From NCBI GenBank assembly GCA_001662655.1, contig KV460269.1: a DNA stretch of 64,000 nucleotides. One strand, written 5' to 3'. This DNA is from Pseudogymnoascus verrucosus (Eukaryota). Of the stretch, positions 12,157 to 23,413 are shown in pieces. Under the pieces are notes generated by a model, which did not search any database, was not told the DNA's origin, and saw only the letters and a list, made by a program, of their open reading frames with translations. Within the stretch, counting starts at the first letter, position 1, and each line of letters opens with the position of its first letter. Made by a program: the position numbers and the translations under genes.

Positions 12157-12560
12157 CTGCGGCTATGACCGTGACTGCTTGTGAGAGCCTCTGGGATCAA
12201 GGATGACGTTATCAGAGGGACGAGTTTGCGAATTGACAGGAATCCTTCGAACACAACCGACGTCTATCGTCCAGGGTCGCTTCCGCGGCTAAAACCATCT
12301 GTCAGTATTCTGCTCCCGTATTCCCGCCAAAGGGTCATTGCTTTACATACACTGCCACTGGACACGACTGTCTCCATCTGTGACGATGAGAGTAATACTG
12401 GCTTGTTTGGAGAGAAAGGACTCTGACCATCGTATTTGTTATCATGTTTGCAGTTGGAGCAAGTAAGGTAAATGGAAATTTTGACGGTGACTATATAAAT
12501 TGCGAAGATGGAATTCGCCTTAAATAAGTTATGTGAAAGTAATAGATCCATCAAAACATC

Positions 12561-13697
12561 CTAAGAAGCCTCCGCTGGAAACTCAGTTGAAACTCTTTTA
12601 GCAAGCCACTCGTCTGTTGTCACCGTCTGACCCCATTCTCCAACCATATTCTGAGCCCATTTACCCTTCGCCTCACACCCAGGGAGAGTTTCAATAATAA
12701 ACTCTGGGTCAGGCATCCCAAAAAAAGCCAAGGAATATCGATCTACAACTGAGCCGGCAGCAAGTGGAACAGAATCTTTTCTGTTGCCTATCATAGATTC
12801 TCTCGGAGCCACGACTTGATGCAAAGCGCTCTTCGATCTCCCATTTGTTTGCCGGTCAAGAATATCGCCGACGTCGACAATGATCTTCCCTTGCTTTGGG
12901 ATCACGGGCCTGAAAGCCTCACCATCGTGGATTTCGAGGCCACCGATACTATCGTTAAAAACGATCGTCAGCTGTTGAAAGTCTGTGTGAGCGTTCATCC
13001 GGTGAACCTCACGGCTTTTGAGCGGGCCAACCTCCATTGAGGGAAAATAGTTGAAGCTCATGTGGCAGAAATCGCAGGTGTGCTGGTTTGAGAGATATTT
13101 CGGACTACCAAGTTTCAATAACTCCGAAATGTTCTCCAATAGCTGGTGATCCAGGCGAGTACATGCGTCCCACCACGAGTCGTAGAAGCTTCGGAATCCA
13201 GGAAAGATGTCCTCAGGGAGCCAGAGGTTTCGGCCAACATCGACTTGTAAGTCATGTGGATTGCACAGTTCAAGACCCTCGTGCCTCTCCGGTGTGGTCT
13301 TGCGTAGCTCCTCTAGCTCCGCGGTGTCCCAAACCAGCTGGCTGACCAATACCTGTCCAATTTCGAGGAATCCTAGATAGTCATTGACGGCACCACTTGG
13401 GGGATGGGCGATGCGTTTCTTTACATCATGCGGAAGCGCGAAAAAGCGTCTCGACTAGATATGTTAACAATTATTCTAAGATGAGAATCCATGGCGTCTA
13501 CTTACCCATTCAAAAGCCTCGTCGATAAGTTTTTGCGGAATACTATGATTGGAGAGGTATATGAAACCTAAAGACTGGAAGGCATCGTCCAAGTATTTGA
13601 AGGCCACTGAGCGCTCATTTTGAGTGCCATTTAACTGGCGGAAATCAATGACGGGAATGTCTGCGGGCTCATCGAGATATGTTTCGACACGATGCAT
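12561..13697 (-). CDS. 2-oxoglutarate/Fe(II)-dependent oxygenase (IPNS/DIOX-like), copy 1
   Basis: Exon 1 IPVIDF..DDAFQSLGFIYLSNHSIP..AFEW, intron ~13456-13505, exon 2 SRRFFALP..NAHTDFQQLT..GGLEI..KSALHQV..RYSLAFF. HxD..H facial triad and RxS present, open frame. Confidence 0.9.
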
Positions 13698-14554
13698 ATT
13701 TGGTGATGTTTGGCAGGTGATGTGTGGGACAGGACTAAGGTGTTGCTGGAGAATAGATATGGTCCTATAATTTTAACAATTCTAAATAGTCCATTTAAAC
13801 GGAAATTGGGTTTGATCTGGTCCGGAAGTCGAGCTAGAAACTCTGAACAGCTTTTCCTAGTTTTGGGGTCACTCACGCAATGCACGTCTCACAGCAACTG
13901 TAGCACCACAGCTAAAGTAAGACTTCTGGGCTGGATTCGAACGAAACTAGTAACCTGGAAAAAAATTGAGTCTTAGTTGACTTATTGCTGCAAATATTAC
14001 CTCATCGCCTAGAACTTCAACTGGGGTTGCGCTTCTACGGTGCAAGCTCAGCTTGTCTCAAACCCCTTTCCGGGGACTAAATTGGCCAATATAAGTGGCC
14101 ACTGCATATAAGTCTCTTACTAGACCTATGATACCACTCTCTACCACTATAATATGTAGGTGCCTATTTGTGTGGAGCCCTTTAGTAACCGCGGAGAAAT
14201 TGGGATCTATATGTCTTTTCTAAAGGCGCTGTTTGTTGTAGTGTGCGTTGTAGCACAATATGCTCCGGCCGGCATCGGAATCCTGCCCTATTGCGAATGG
14301 ACAATTCCAAGGTAAGCTGAAAACGCAAATGAGTAATATAATATTGGAAATATACTGCATTGTAAGAGAATATGAATCCACTGTAGTACCTAACGCGATA
14401 ATCCATGCGACGATCTTTGTGGCACGAGGAGCGCGGTTTTATATCTCTCACGACTAGCCGTATTATGTATGACTAGTCAGATTATACGTTATTTTGAAAA
14501 TTGTATTTTCAATGACTGCTCAAAACTTTTATTTCCTAAAAACGAAGATTTGTG

Positions 14555-15707
14555 CTAAGATGACGCAGCAACAGGACCTGGCTTCTCTTGACGTTCATAC
14601 TCAAGAGTAACTCTCTTATTCATCCAGTCACCTGCGGTCATGTTGTCCTCCCATTCCAAAGACTCCCATTTCCCCTTCTTCTCGCACCCAGGCAGTGACT
14701 CTACCAACATCTCATAATCAGGGTGCGCATAGAAAGCAATTGCATGTCTATCAACCACTGTGTCGTTGTCCACTTCCTTCCCATACATAGATTGCCGTGG
14801 ACCAGTCACATGGTGTAGAGCACTCTTCCACCTCCCATTGGACTGTTTCTCAAGCATGTCCCCAATATGCACAATTACAGTTCCTGCCTTTGGAAGCACA
14901 GGCCTATAAATGCCGGCTTCATCATCGTGAATTTCCAGGCCGCCCACCATGTCTTGGAACAGTATGGTCAATTGCCCAAAGTCGGTGTGGGCGTTCAGAC
15001 GTCTTGCTTCGCGGTTCATCAGGGGGGAGGTGGGCATGGAAAGGTAGTGCAACCAGCTCATGTGGCTGCAGTTGCGGCCGGGAGTCTGTTGCTTGGACAG
15101 AAACTCTCGGTCTTTGATTTCCAAGATTTCACAAAGGTAACCCATCAGTTGGTGTTCCTGACGAACACAATGGTCCCACCACTTTTCGATAAAGCCTCAG
15201 AACCCAGGGAAAATATCCTCGGGCAGTAGACGGTTTGGATACGGGTTTGCAGTTGGATCATTAGTGGTGTATGGGTTACCGATCTCGAGGATTTCCTTTT
15301 GTTCCGGTTTGGCGGTATTGCGGATATTTTCAACCTTTTCGGCATCCCAGATTCCTTGACTGACTAGGCCGAGACCAACCTCTGCAAACCCTCGGTGATC
15401 AGTTGCACTTCCGGGGTGGGCAATCAGTTGCTTGACGTGATGTGGGAGATCGAAGAAGCGTTTGGACTGGAAGGATTAGCGAGGGCAAAAAAACGGAGGA
15501 GGAAGATAGACTTACCTATGCGAAAGCTTCCGCGACCATTTCCTGCGGAATGCTATGGTTTGATAGGTAGATGAATGCAAAAGTTTGGAACGCATCGTCG
15601 AGCTGCTTGAGTGCTGCATTGCGCTCTTGTGGTGTTCCGCTAGAGAGCAAGTTGAAATCGACAACAGGAATGTTCGCGGGTTCAACAGTCTGAGTAGAAA
15701 CAGTCAT
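14555..15707 (-). pseudogene. 2OG/Fe(II)-dependent oxygenase, copy 2, with two nonsense codons
   Basis: Same exon structure as copy 1. TAG at 15518-15516 replaces Trp before the splice donor. TGA at 15199-15197 replaces Arg (PGFR in copy 1). NAHTDFGQLT..NGRWKSALHHV retained. Confidence 0.85.
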
Positions 15708-15974
15708 TGTGAAAATAATTTTCTGTTGTAAAGTAGGGATATAGAATTGGCTTTCCGTTTAAAACCGTCTTATGGGCGTCAATGTGAGCTTTATATATGT
15801 GTGAGTGATCTTGACACTATGGAAAGCCCTTGGTAACTGGATCATAAAGCATACCTGTCAAGTATCACGGCTACGGCAAAAGGGCTGATGGGTTATTATT
15901 ACAGTGCAAAGCTTTCAGAGAAATTATATACATAAATACTAATAACAGCGGTAAATACTGACATAGATCGGCAA

Positions 15975-16400
15975 GTGCATTGTCTTGCATTCAATTTTCA
16001 GCTTCAAACTTGCGAAATGTACTGTATTCATTGCATTTGAAACAAACATATCAATTTTTTCTAGAAATATATCGATTTTTCTGGCAACCTGCATGTCACC
16101 TGTGTCTATAGAACCCCATATTATAGCAGATGCACTGTGGTGCGTTCACCTTTCAGCTTACTCAGAACTCGTTATGGCGTGATGTGGTTATTGTATTTGA
16201 AATATATTGGTTTTTTTCTAGGAGCCCGCATACCGCCCCTGCGACTTCAGAGCCATATAGCTTAGCAACTGCATTCATTGCCTTGCATCTAATTTTCAGC
16301 TTACTCAAGACTTGCCGTGGCATGTCGTGTTCATTGCTTTGAAACGTATCGGGTTTTCGTACCAACCCGCATACCGCCCCTGCGTCTTCAGAAATCCGTT
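15975..16400. repeat. Three degenerate ~140-155 bp tandem units in the divergent oxygenase/orphan-ORF promoter
   Basis: Recurring blocks tttcagctt (~15996, 16151, 16294), attg..tttgaaa, and cccgcataccgcccctgcg (16225, 16366). Confidence 0.7.
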
Positions 16401-16541
16401 GGCAAACGTGAATGACGAAATAACATACGCCTGGCAGACCGTGGTGCAATTGAAGCCGTTTAAAACATATCAGGTAGTATTATACCACTTCCCATACTTC
16501 TCAAAATTCTCATTCTATTTTCTCATCATCTGGTCAACGAC

Positions 16542-18188
16542 ATGGACACTCATGTAGTTGTGGCCGATCTTCTACGCATGGAAGGCCAGAAGCCTTCAAT
16601 CCGATTTGAAGATGTTCAGCTATGCTCCGTTTTGCACAATCATGACGACCATCCTGTTATTGGCTTCTATAAGCTCCGCAATCGCAGTGTGAAGGCGAGA
16701 AATGACCACAACTCCGTTTCTCACGAGAAACACTGCAAAGCAATGTCAAAAAGTTTCCATACTGCCACCATATTGTCACAACTTCTCAATGGGAGGCTAC
16801 AAGTCACTACTCGCCAAGAAGAGACAGAGATCTCTACGGAAAGAAATATACCTTCTATGATTGTTGGAGATACAGTCATCATTGCGGATGAAACTTTCTC
16901 TAATCCGCAAGAAGTAGGCGCTCATAGTTGGAACATGTTCTTATCAATGAACTTTCTCTTTCCGAAGGCCCAAATCGGCTGGAAATACGGCCTCACGTCT
17001 ACGTCCACTCAGTTCATGCAAATATCTTGTCCGAATTTAAAATCCGATGACTCTCTCTTCACAAAAATGGGGACCCTAATCTACGACAATATGGATATAG
17101 TATCTGGCATGTGTCTCTTCAACGGAACAATTCTAAAAACCAGTATTTCTGAAGAAGAGGGTGGCGTGGATCCCGACAAAATCACACACATCAAGCCTAC
17201 AATTAACGAGACGGATTATATTGCTCGGTCATCATCTGCCATCGCGGATATAGCATCAATGCTTACCGCCAGGATCCGAGAACAAAACTCCAAACAACTA
17301 GTTCGCATCAAGTTGGATAATCCCAGTTTTCAGTACTATCATGAGGTTGTCGATAAGTTCGAGAAGCATCTTTGTACTGGCATAGAAGCACTAATATGGA
17401 TGGAGGCCGTTGATATTCGGCATGGCCAGATAGCCAAAGTGTTCACGAACTCTGTCCAACACCAGCTTCGACGGCGAGGCGTAAGCCCTGACAGCTATGA
17501 AATCAATATACCCTCGAGAATCACTTCCTTTGCTCTGTCAATTAGGGAGGCTTTGCAGGATCAGAAATGCCCTTCTTTGCAAACTGTTCTAGAAATACTT
17601 GATTCTGAAAAAGATGGGCTCTGGCGAGCTTTCTACCAGTTCGTTCCGGTAAAGGAGAAGCCTCAAGATTGGAAAGACTTGAGCTACCTATTCTACGTCT
17701 TTGAGGTGATCAAGTCAGCGCTTGTCGAGTCAAACACAGGATATCAAGCCGCCTCCAGACTCGATAGAACAAGCGACACCCAGCCTCCATTGAATGATCA
17801 ATTAGTTGTGAAGTCTGCGAAGAAGAGGAACTCAAAAGTTCAATCAAACTCTCGTCGATTGATCATAAACATTGATGACTCTGCAGAACGTCGAATCTAC
17901 TCCTGGTCACAGGAAATGCTGATGAAGATCCGACAATCTCATTGCAACATGTCAAATTCGACACTGGTCGAGGTATATCTGTGTAGAAGGGTTTTCGTCA
18001 ACGGCAATAAAACCAGGAACCGGCTGTACCATCAAGATCCTATGCCCATAGCTCCTATGCTATCTCGTTTATCGGAGCATGGTGGTGATGGAGGCCAGTT
18101 AATGAAGCCATTCGATATGGTTCATCAACTTTATGGATCTGATTGTGCCCAAAATCTTGAGTTGTTATTTTCTCAAGTAGGCTTGTAG
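16542..18188 (+). CDS. Intronless 548-aa protein, candidate arginine-containing cyclodipeptide synthase (RCDPS, AnkA/AvaA-like)
   Basis: No standard domain recognisable. C-terminal RRLIINIDDSAERRIY carries DDxxE (residues 445-449, nt 17874-17888). Size and tailoring-gene neighbourhood fit the RCDPS family. The CDS itself is well supported; the function is inferred. Confidence 0.65.
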   Translation: MDTHVVVADLLRMEGQKPSIRFEDVQLCSVLHNHDDHPVIGFYKLRNRSVKARNDHNSVSHEKHCKAMSKSFHTATILSQLLNGRLQVTTRQEETEISTERNIPSMIVGDTVIIADETFSNPQEVGAHSWNMFLSMNFLFPKAQIGWKYGLTSTSTQFMQISCPNLKSDDSLFTKMGTLIYDNMDIVSGMCLFNGTILKTSISEEEGGVDPDKITHIKPTINETDYIARSSSAIADIASMLTARIREQNSKQLVRIKLDNPSFQYYHEVVDKFEKHLCTGIEALIWMEAVDIRHGQIAKVFTNSVQHQLRRRGVSPDSYEINIPSRITSFALSIREALQDQKCPSLQTVLEILDSEKDGLWRAFYQFVPVKEKPQDWKDLSYLFYVFEVIKSALVESNTGYQAASRLDRTSDTQPPLNDQLVVKSAKKRNSKVQSNSRRLIINIDDSAERRIYSWSQEMLMKIRQSHCNMSNSTLVEVYLCRRVFVNGNKTRNRLYHQDPMPIAPMLSRLSEHGGDGGQLMKPFDMVHQLYGSDCAQNLELLFSQVGL

Positions 18189-18821
18189 GGATTGATTGAT
18201 ATGTGCGTTCTAATTAGAAATATGATTGCATTCAACTTTGAAAACCTCTAAAACTACCCATGCTTGCTCAAATATCCTCAACAATCATGTTAACTTCTCC
18301 ACATTTCAGCTATTATTCTAAGTTCTTGCTAATTCCTCGAGTCTGTGGTTGTATGTGGGAGGTAGGTGAATACAGGGAATATGAGGTGCTGTTGTGTTGT
18401 AGTGGGAATGTGGTGGGAAAATTTACCTCGCCACAACAACATACTAATCTCGATTCCAAAAAACTCTGACTGAGACCATGATTTAGCTGGCTTAGGTTCG
18501 GATCGAATATTACGGGATACATGAGGTAGTCACAAAAGTGTAGATCAAGTTACTTCACATTCAGCCTTGTTATTTTTCGGGCAGTTAAGGAATGACATTA
18601 TATTAGTTGATAAGAAATTAGTAAAATACAACGGTATACCCCCCCCCCCCCCTTCCTCTTTCTTCTCGACAGATGAGTCTTTGCAGGTCGCCCGCCTTCC
18701 TCCCATTTCTCGCATTTATCTCGTCTTCCCTCCTATATTTCTATTTAGCTGTCATTTCCTAGTACCTAATCCCCAACCCGCTCGAAGGTTGGTGCTAGTT
18801 GTAAAGCAAATCTTGTGCTGT

Positions 18822-19784
18822 CTAGCCAACTGTTCCCGTTGTCGTGTTTCGATACTGCTGCGTAGGATTTAGTTGTGTCGCATATTCCTGTGTTGTTGCA
18901 TACTGCTGTGACGGTTGGGAATATGTAGATGTTGCCGCCGTGCCTTGAGTCTGCTGTGGCTGGACATATGTTGCAGGTTCGGTTCGGTACTGGGCAGTTT
19001 CCGCTGGTGTGGTTCGGTACTCTCTGGTTTGGTTGAAATTCTCATGGTAAACGGGGGCTACGCCGCTGTTGACATGGGTGTCTTCCTGTCTCTTGATCCT
19101 TGGAGTCTCCTCGTGGACTTCACGGCGGGAGCGGTGTTTCGTCAAAAAGTAAAGGCCCTATGGAGATATCAGTTATTTGTTGAGATGTGAGAATACTGAA
19201 ATGAGAAATCTTACCAGTAGGAAGCTGAGGAGCCAGAAGATGCCTCCAATGAAACTCCATGCAAGAGTTGCTCTCCAGCTGCTACATCCAGCGCCATTAA
19301 AGCGATTAAATGTCCCTGCAGGTTGTAGATACCATCTTCCCCATGCCCAACTCCAGCTGGTTCTGAACCAGCTTGAGTTGCAGCCTGAGCTTCCAAGCTA
19401 TTCATATATGTTAGCTTTATGAACCAAATAAGAACTAGCGTTGGATAGGTAGTAACCCACATTTATAAGAAGTCCAAAGGCAACCATCCATAAGATGAAC
19501 ATGATGAGATCGAGAGGGAAGGCGTAGAATTGGTATTTGAGAGGTAGCATGAAGAGTAAAGAGAAGAATATAGCGATTCCAGCAATGGTGATCGCATATA
19601 TGATTCGACGGCTATTGAAACCACCTCCCTCGTGAAGGTTATGAAGGTAGCGGCCTAACAATCCAGCGACTATGGCGGCAGAGATGAGTTGCATGAGACG
19701 AAAGAATACAGATGCAAATCTTGATCCCTTAGACCCCCCATCGGAGGACCTGGACCTATTACCACCACTTGGAAAAAGACCCAT
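18822..19784 (-). CDS. MARVEL-like four-TM membrane protein with Q/T-rich tail
   Basis: FFRLMQLISAAIVAGLLGRYL..FPLDLIMFILWMVAFGLLIN|..GCSSWRATLAWSFIGGIFWLLSFLL|GLYFLTKHR.. with two GT-AG introns. Confidence 0.75.
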
Positions 19785-21199
19785 CGTTGAAAATAATGTG
19801 GTGTTTTGGACTCGGTAAGTTGTTCGAAATTTGAAGCCGCAATATTAAAGGAGAGAGCTTCCGGTAAAGTTATACATTGGGAGGCTCGCTGGCTATATAG
19901 CTACTCGCAGGCATGTTCGGCAGCGTGAGAACCTGGTATCTTCGTATTGCCAAAAGAGGAGTTGGCTAGACCGCAGAATCCTCAACTTCCAAGAAAATAT
20001 GGCGGGAGATAGACGAAATGTTTAACCTAACTAATCAGTTTGACCTCCTTGAGACTCATAAGTGGTAGATCAAGCTACCCATGACAGCATAGCTATGAAA
20101 CTTTAATGTAAGCGTGGGAATCAAAATTGTTTTGTCCTCTATCGTAGACTGCTGGCCAACTAACCAACAGCTTCTTTCATCCCATGCCTCGCCACTGCCT
20201 TGATATAAGGACTTCAGCAGCATACAAAGGCAGATTTTGTGTAGCTGTAATCGCGCCCTACAATTACGTTGTGCCATCCCGTTTGGAATCGGGGTCAAAT
20301 CAGAAGCAGAGTTAAGTTAGATGACGTTTAAGAAGTATTTTGGGTATGTATAAAAGTATACTCTTTAACTGCAGGTTTGATGAACTTGGCCAAATGAACT
20401 GATTCCTTCAGATCATCTTTTCAGACTCCACTTTAACCGCAACGCATCCTTTCATTTATATCCGCGGTGGATTTCAAACCTTATCGGCGACCCTGCAGCG
20501 GCATCCGCCCGGCCTGACAGATTCAGACTTGGGGTCTACTCGGGTCCTGGTGCTACATTGACGCTAATCGGTCCGTTTGCAGCAGCATTAAATGGCACTT
20601 TGAACATTATGACATCATTGTAACTTGGAACTGGAATTAGTCGCCATACAGCGTATAAGAACAATAAGGGAATAAGCGGGGTCATGACAGCGATTGATAT
20701 TGTACAAGTTGGTCATGTGTTGTTGCCATTGACTGACTGACGTAATCATCGGTGACATCAACCCGTTCTCACTTCAGGCTATCACTTTGTATGCGCAGGG
20801 CAAGGCACTCCAGCTAGGAACTGCATGGAGAAAAACAGAATATGTACCGTTCAAATAATATCCAATAATATCTCTGCAGTCTCCGAACTATATGTAAGCT
20901 GGCCGTTATAGCTTATTGCCGTGATTGGGGCCAACGCCGCCAAATTATCGACAAGTTAAATAATTTAATTTCAAATACGCAGCTCAAAATAGCTGAATGA
21001 AAGTACAAGTTACCTCCATCCATTCAAATAATTCACAAACAAGCCTTAAAATTCCACACATACGTGAGCTTAACTTATCTTAACTCTCGAAACCTCTTCT
21101 GGCCCGTGTAACTTGGCTTCGAGCGAGCTGACCAGCAAGACAAAGTATCGCAACTTAATTCTTCAGTTGCGTCGATATACTTTTGAACAGTAAGATTAG

Positions 21200-23413
21200 C
21201 TTGTTTCAATGCGGGAAAACGGTAACATATGGTTAATTTGTCTACTGCCACCGCATACACCACAGTCAGCTGATGGTGCAGGAACTGATCCAGAATTAAG
21301 ATCTACGTATAGGAGGTCAGCACTTGCTCTAGCTTGAACAAGTTGGAAAGCAGTGATTATACCAGAGCCACATTAGCATTCGGAGGCGTATTCGACCGCA
21401 GCATAGTTCGATCCAGCATGAAAATTAATGCAAGCCTCAGCAGTCATGTCTGTTGTGCTGGACTAGCTGTTGCCTGTCAAAGCCCGAGAAACTGTTGGCT
21501 CAGTGTAGCATCCCAGGGATTTGTATTGATTGTTTCTAGGGAAGGGCAATGGCGGTGTATTCAAAAAGTTTAGGCTACAGGCAGCTACATTTCCGCCTAG
21601 GCTATAATATTATTAGATCAAAGGCTTCTATTCCGTTGAAATATATGCTTAAAAGACGACCAAGTATTATCAGAAGGTACTACAACATGATTAAAGCCAG
21701 TTGGTGTGATGCATCCAGGAAGCTGTGAAATCCCATCCTGGACCGGTTCGCATGAATAGACTGGGCTTGTCTCTGGAAAGGTTGCCGCAAACTCGGTATC
21801 ATTGCTCACAAGCAAAGGAGGACACTCTTCGACGACTCTAAAAGGCGGTATCAGCCTAGAATTTAAGTAGCAGATAGAATTATCTCACCCATCTTCGTTA
21901 GCAAGCAAGCACTCTGAAATAGCCGATGTGAGGGTCGGGATATCCCAGCCTAAATAGAGGTCAGATAATGATTACTGTAGGAATCTTTCCATTCCACAAA
22001 CATTAATAAAGTCACCTATTTCGGATGTTAATTTGGTATTTTAAGTGGTAGATGTGACATAGACATACCGTGGAACCCGTACCCAGTCTCATCTCCGTTA
22101 GCGAAAACAAAATTTCCCCCGTCTTGGACTATGTCGCTCACTGTGTAGGGAACTTCTATGAACAAGACAGGTAGGAGTAGGTGGGCAGATTCCATTATCT
22201 ATTCCGGATAATGGAATCTGCCCACCTACTCCTATAGATAGGCCATGTGGAATTGATCGTCCTGCCGATGTGTATTAGCAACGGTATCATCAATTAAAAC
22301 TCAGCGGAGTTTTAATGGCGTCAAATCGTGGCTTTCAAGAGGCTGACCTTGTACCTAGCACGACGTTAATATTTCTTCTGTAGGCCTTTCGACTTATTTT
22401 GATAAATAACTCACAAATTAACACCATCCCAGCAGGATTAGAAGGTAATCTGCGCTCGATGCCATTGGGACTACATGGAAATTAGCCAATGCAGTAAACC
22501 TCAGGCCATCGTTGCTACTACCAGTTGGTATCCGACATGTAATGAGTCTCTGGCCTTGGATTGTTATAGTCAACGCATGCGAATGTGACTCGGTTTGCAA
22601 TAGGGATATCTGGATACATGGCATTGCCGTAGGCCATTGTACTGGCATCGTAGGATCTGGCGTTGTTATTACTAGAGAGAAATTTGAGCCCCTTTGGGAA
22701 TGGGGCTGCCAGATTGCTGCCAGCTGCGTTCTTGCCCTGTCAAAATAGATAAGCTAAGAAGTAAAACTGATACGCATCGAGGCTTACTCCTCCAAGGTAG
22801 TATACGGCCATACCTCCGTTAGGACTGATGGTAGAGTCAGCACCTTGCAATGTCCTAGCAATACAAATATAGCTTACACTTTTTCAAATTGCCCATTGGA
22901 ATGCAGATAGTATAATTGCGGATTCCAATATGCGCTCCTGAGCACCATTAGAAGCCAATATCTTGGAGTGGTTGTGCTGGATGACCCTAGTTGTCGGCTG
23001 TTTTATCATTTTTATCTGCACAAGTCATCATAACTGGGGGAAGAAAGCACCTTGAACTTGACAGCTTGTGCACGGCAAAGCTGCTAGACTGTAATGAGTA
23101 GAATTGATGTTGATATTGCTAGCTCCTGAAATTTTGTGGACATGCTGACTGACTCCACCATAGCTAATGACGGGGTCCTGGTAAACCATCATCAGCAAAT
23201 AATACGATCAGTGGATCGCATTATTTGCATGCAATCAAAACTTACAATTCGGCCCATTTGAGCAACACCACAGCTCACTGTTAGTTGTTAGTATCACTTG
23301 AACAGAATTTTGGTTAATTAATTTTGATTCTCACTTAGCCAGAAACCAAAAGCTGGCTGCACTAAGTTGAAAGCCACAGTGGAAGCTACCGCCAAAGACC
23401 ATGCTGGTGCCAT
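21200..23413 (-). pseudogene. Secreted DUF1996 + WSC domain protein, multi-exon pseudogene
   Basis: Manual splicing: MAPAWSLAVAS..FWLMSCGVAQMGRI|DPVISYGGVSQHVHKISGASNIN..CTSCQVQ..SAYWNPQLYY..PNGGMAVYYLG..PFPKGLKF..ANRVTFACVDY..CPNG(fs)RAQITF*SCWDGVNL..HMAYL..DNGICPPT..FVFANGDETGYGFHGDF..GW, then WSC LGCYTEPTVSRALTGNS*..MTAEACINF..AVEYASEC*CG. Stops at 22440, 21465 and 21375. The 3' end is approximate. Confidence 0.8.
22172..22234. repeat. Perfect 28-bp inverted repeat (7-nt loop) inside the DUF1996 pseudogene
   Basis: taggagtaggtgggcagattccattatc-tattccg-gataatggaatctgcccacctactccta. Confidence 0.95.

Noticed and set aside
22172..22234. MITE interpretation of the TA-bounded 63-bp hairpin
   Set aside because: One arm is in-frame native coding sequence of the DUF1996 gene, so a local inverted duplication explains it better.
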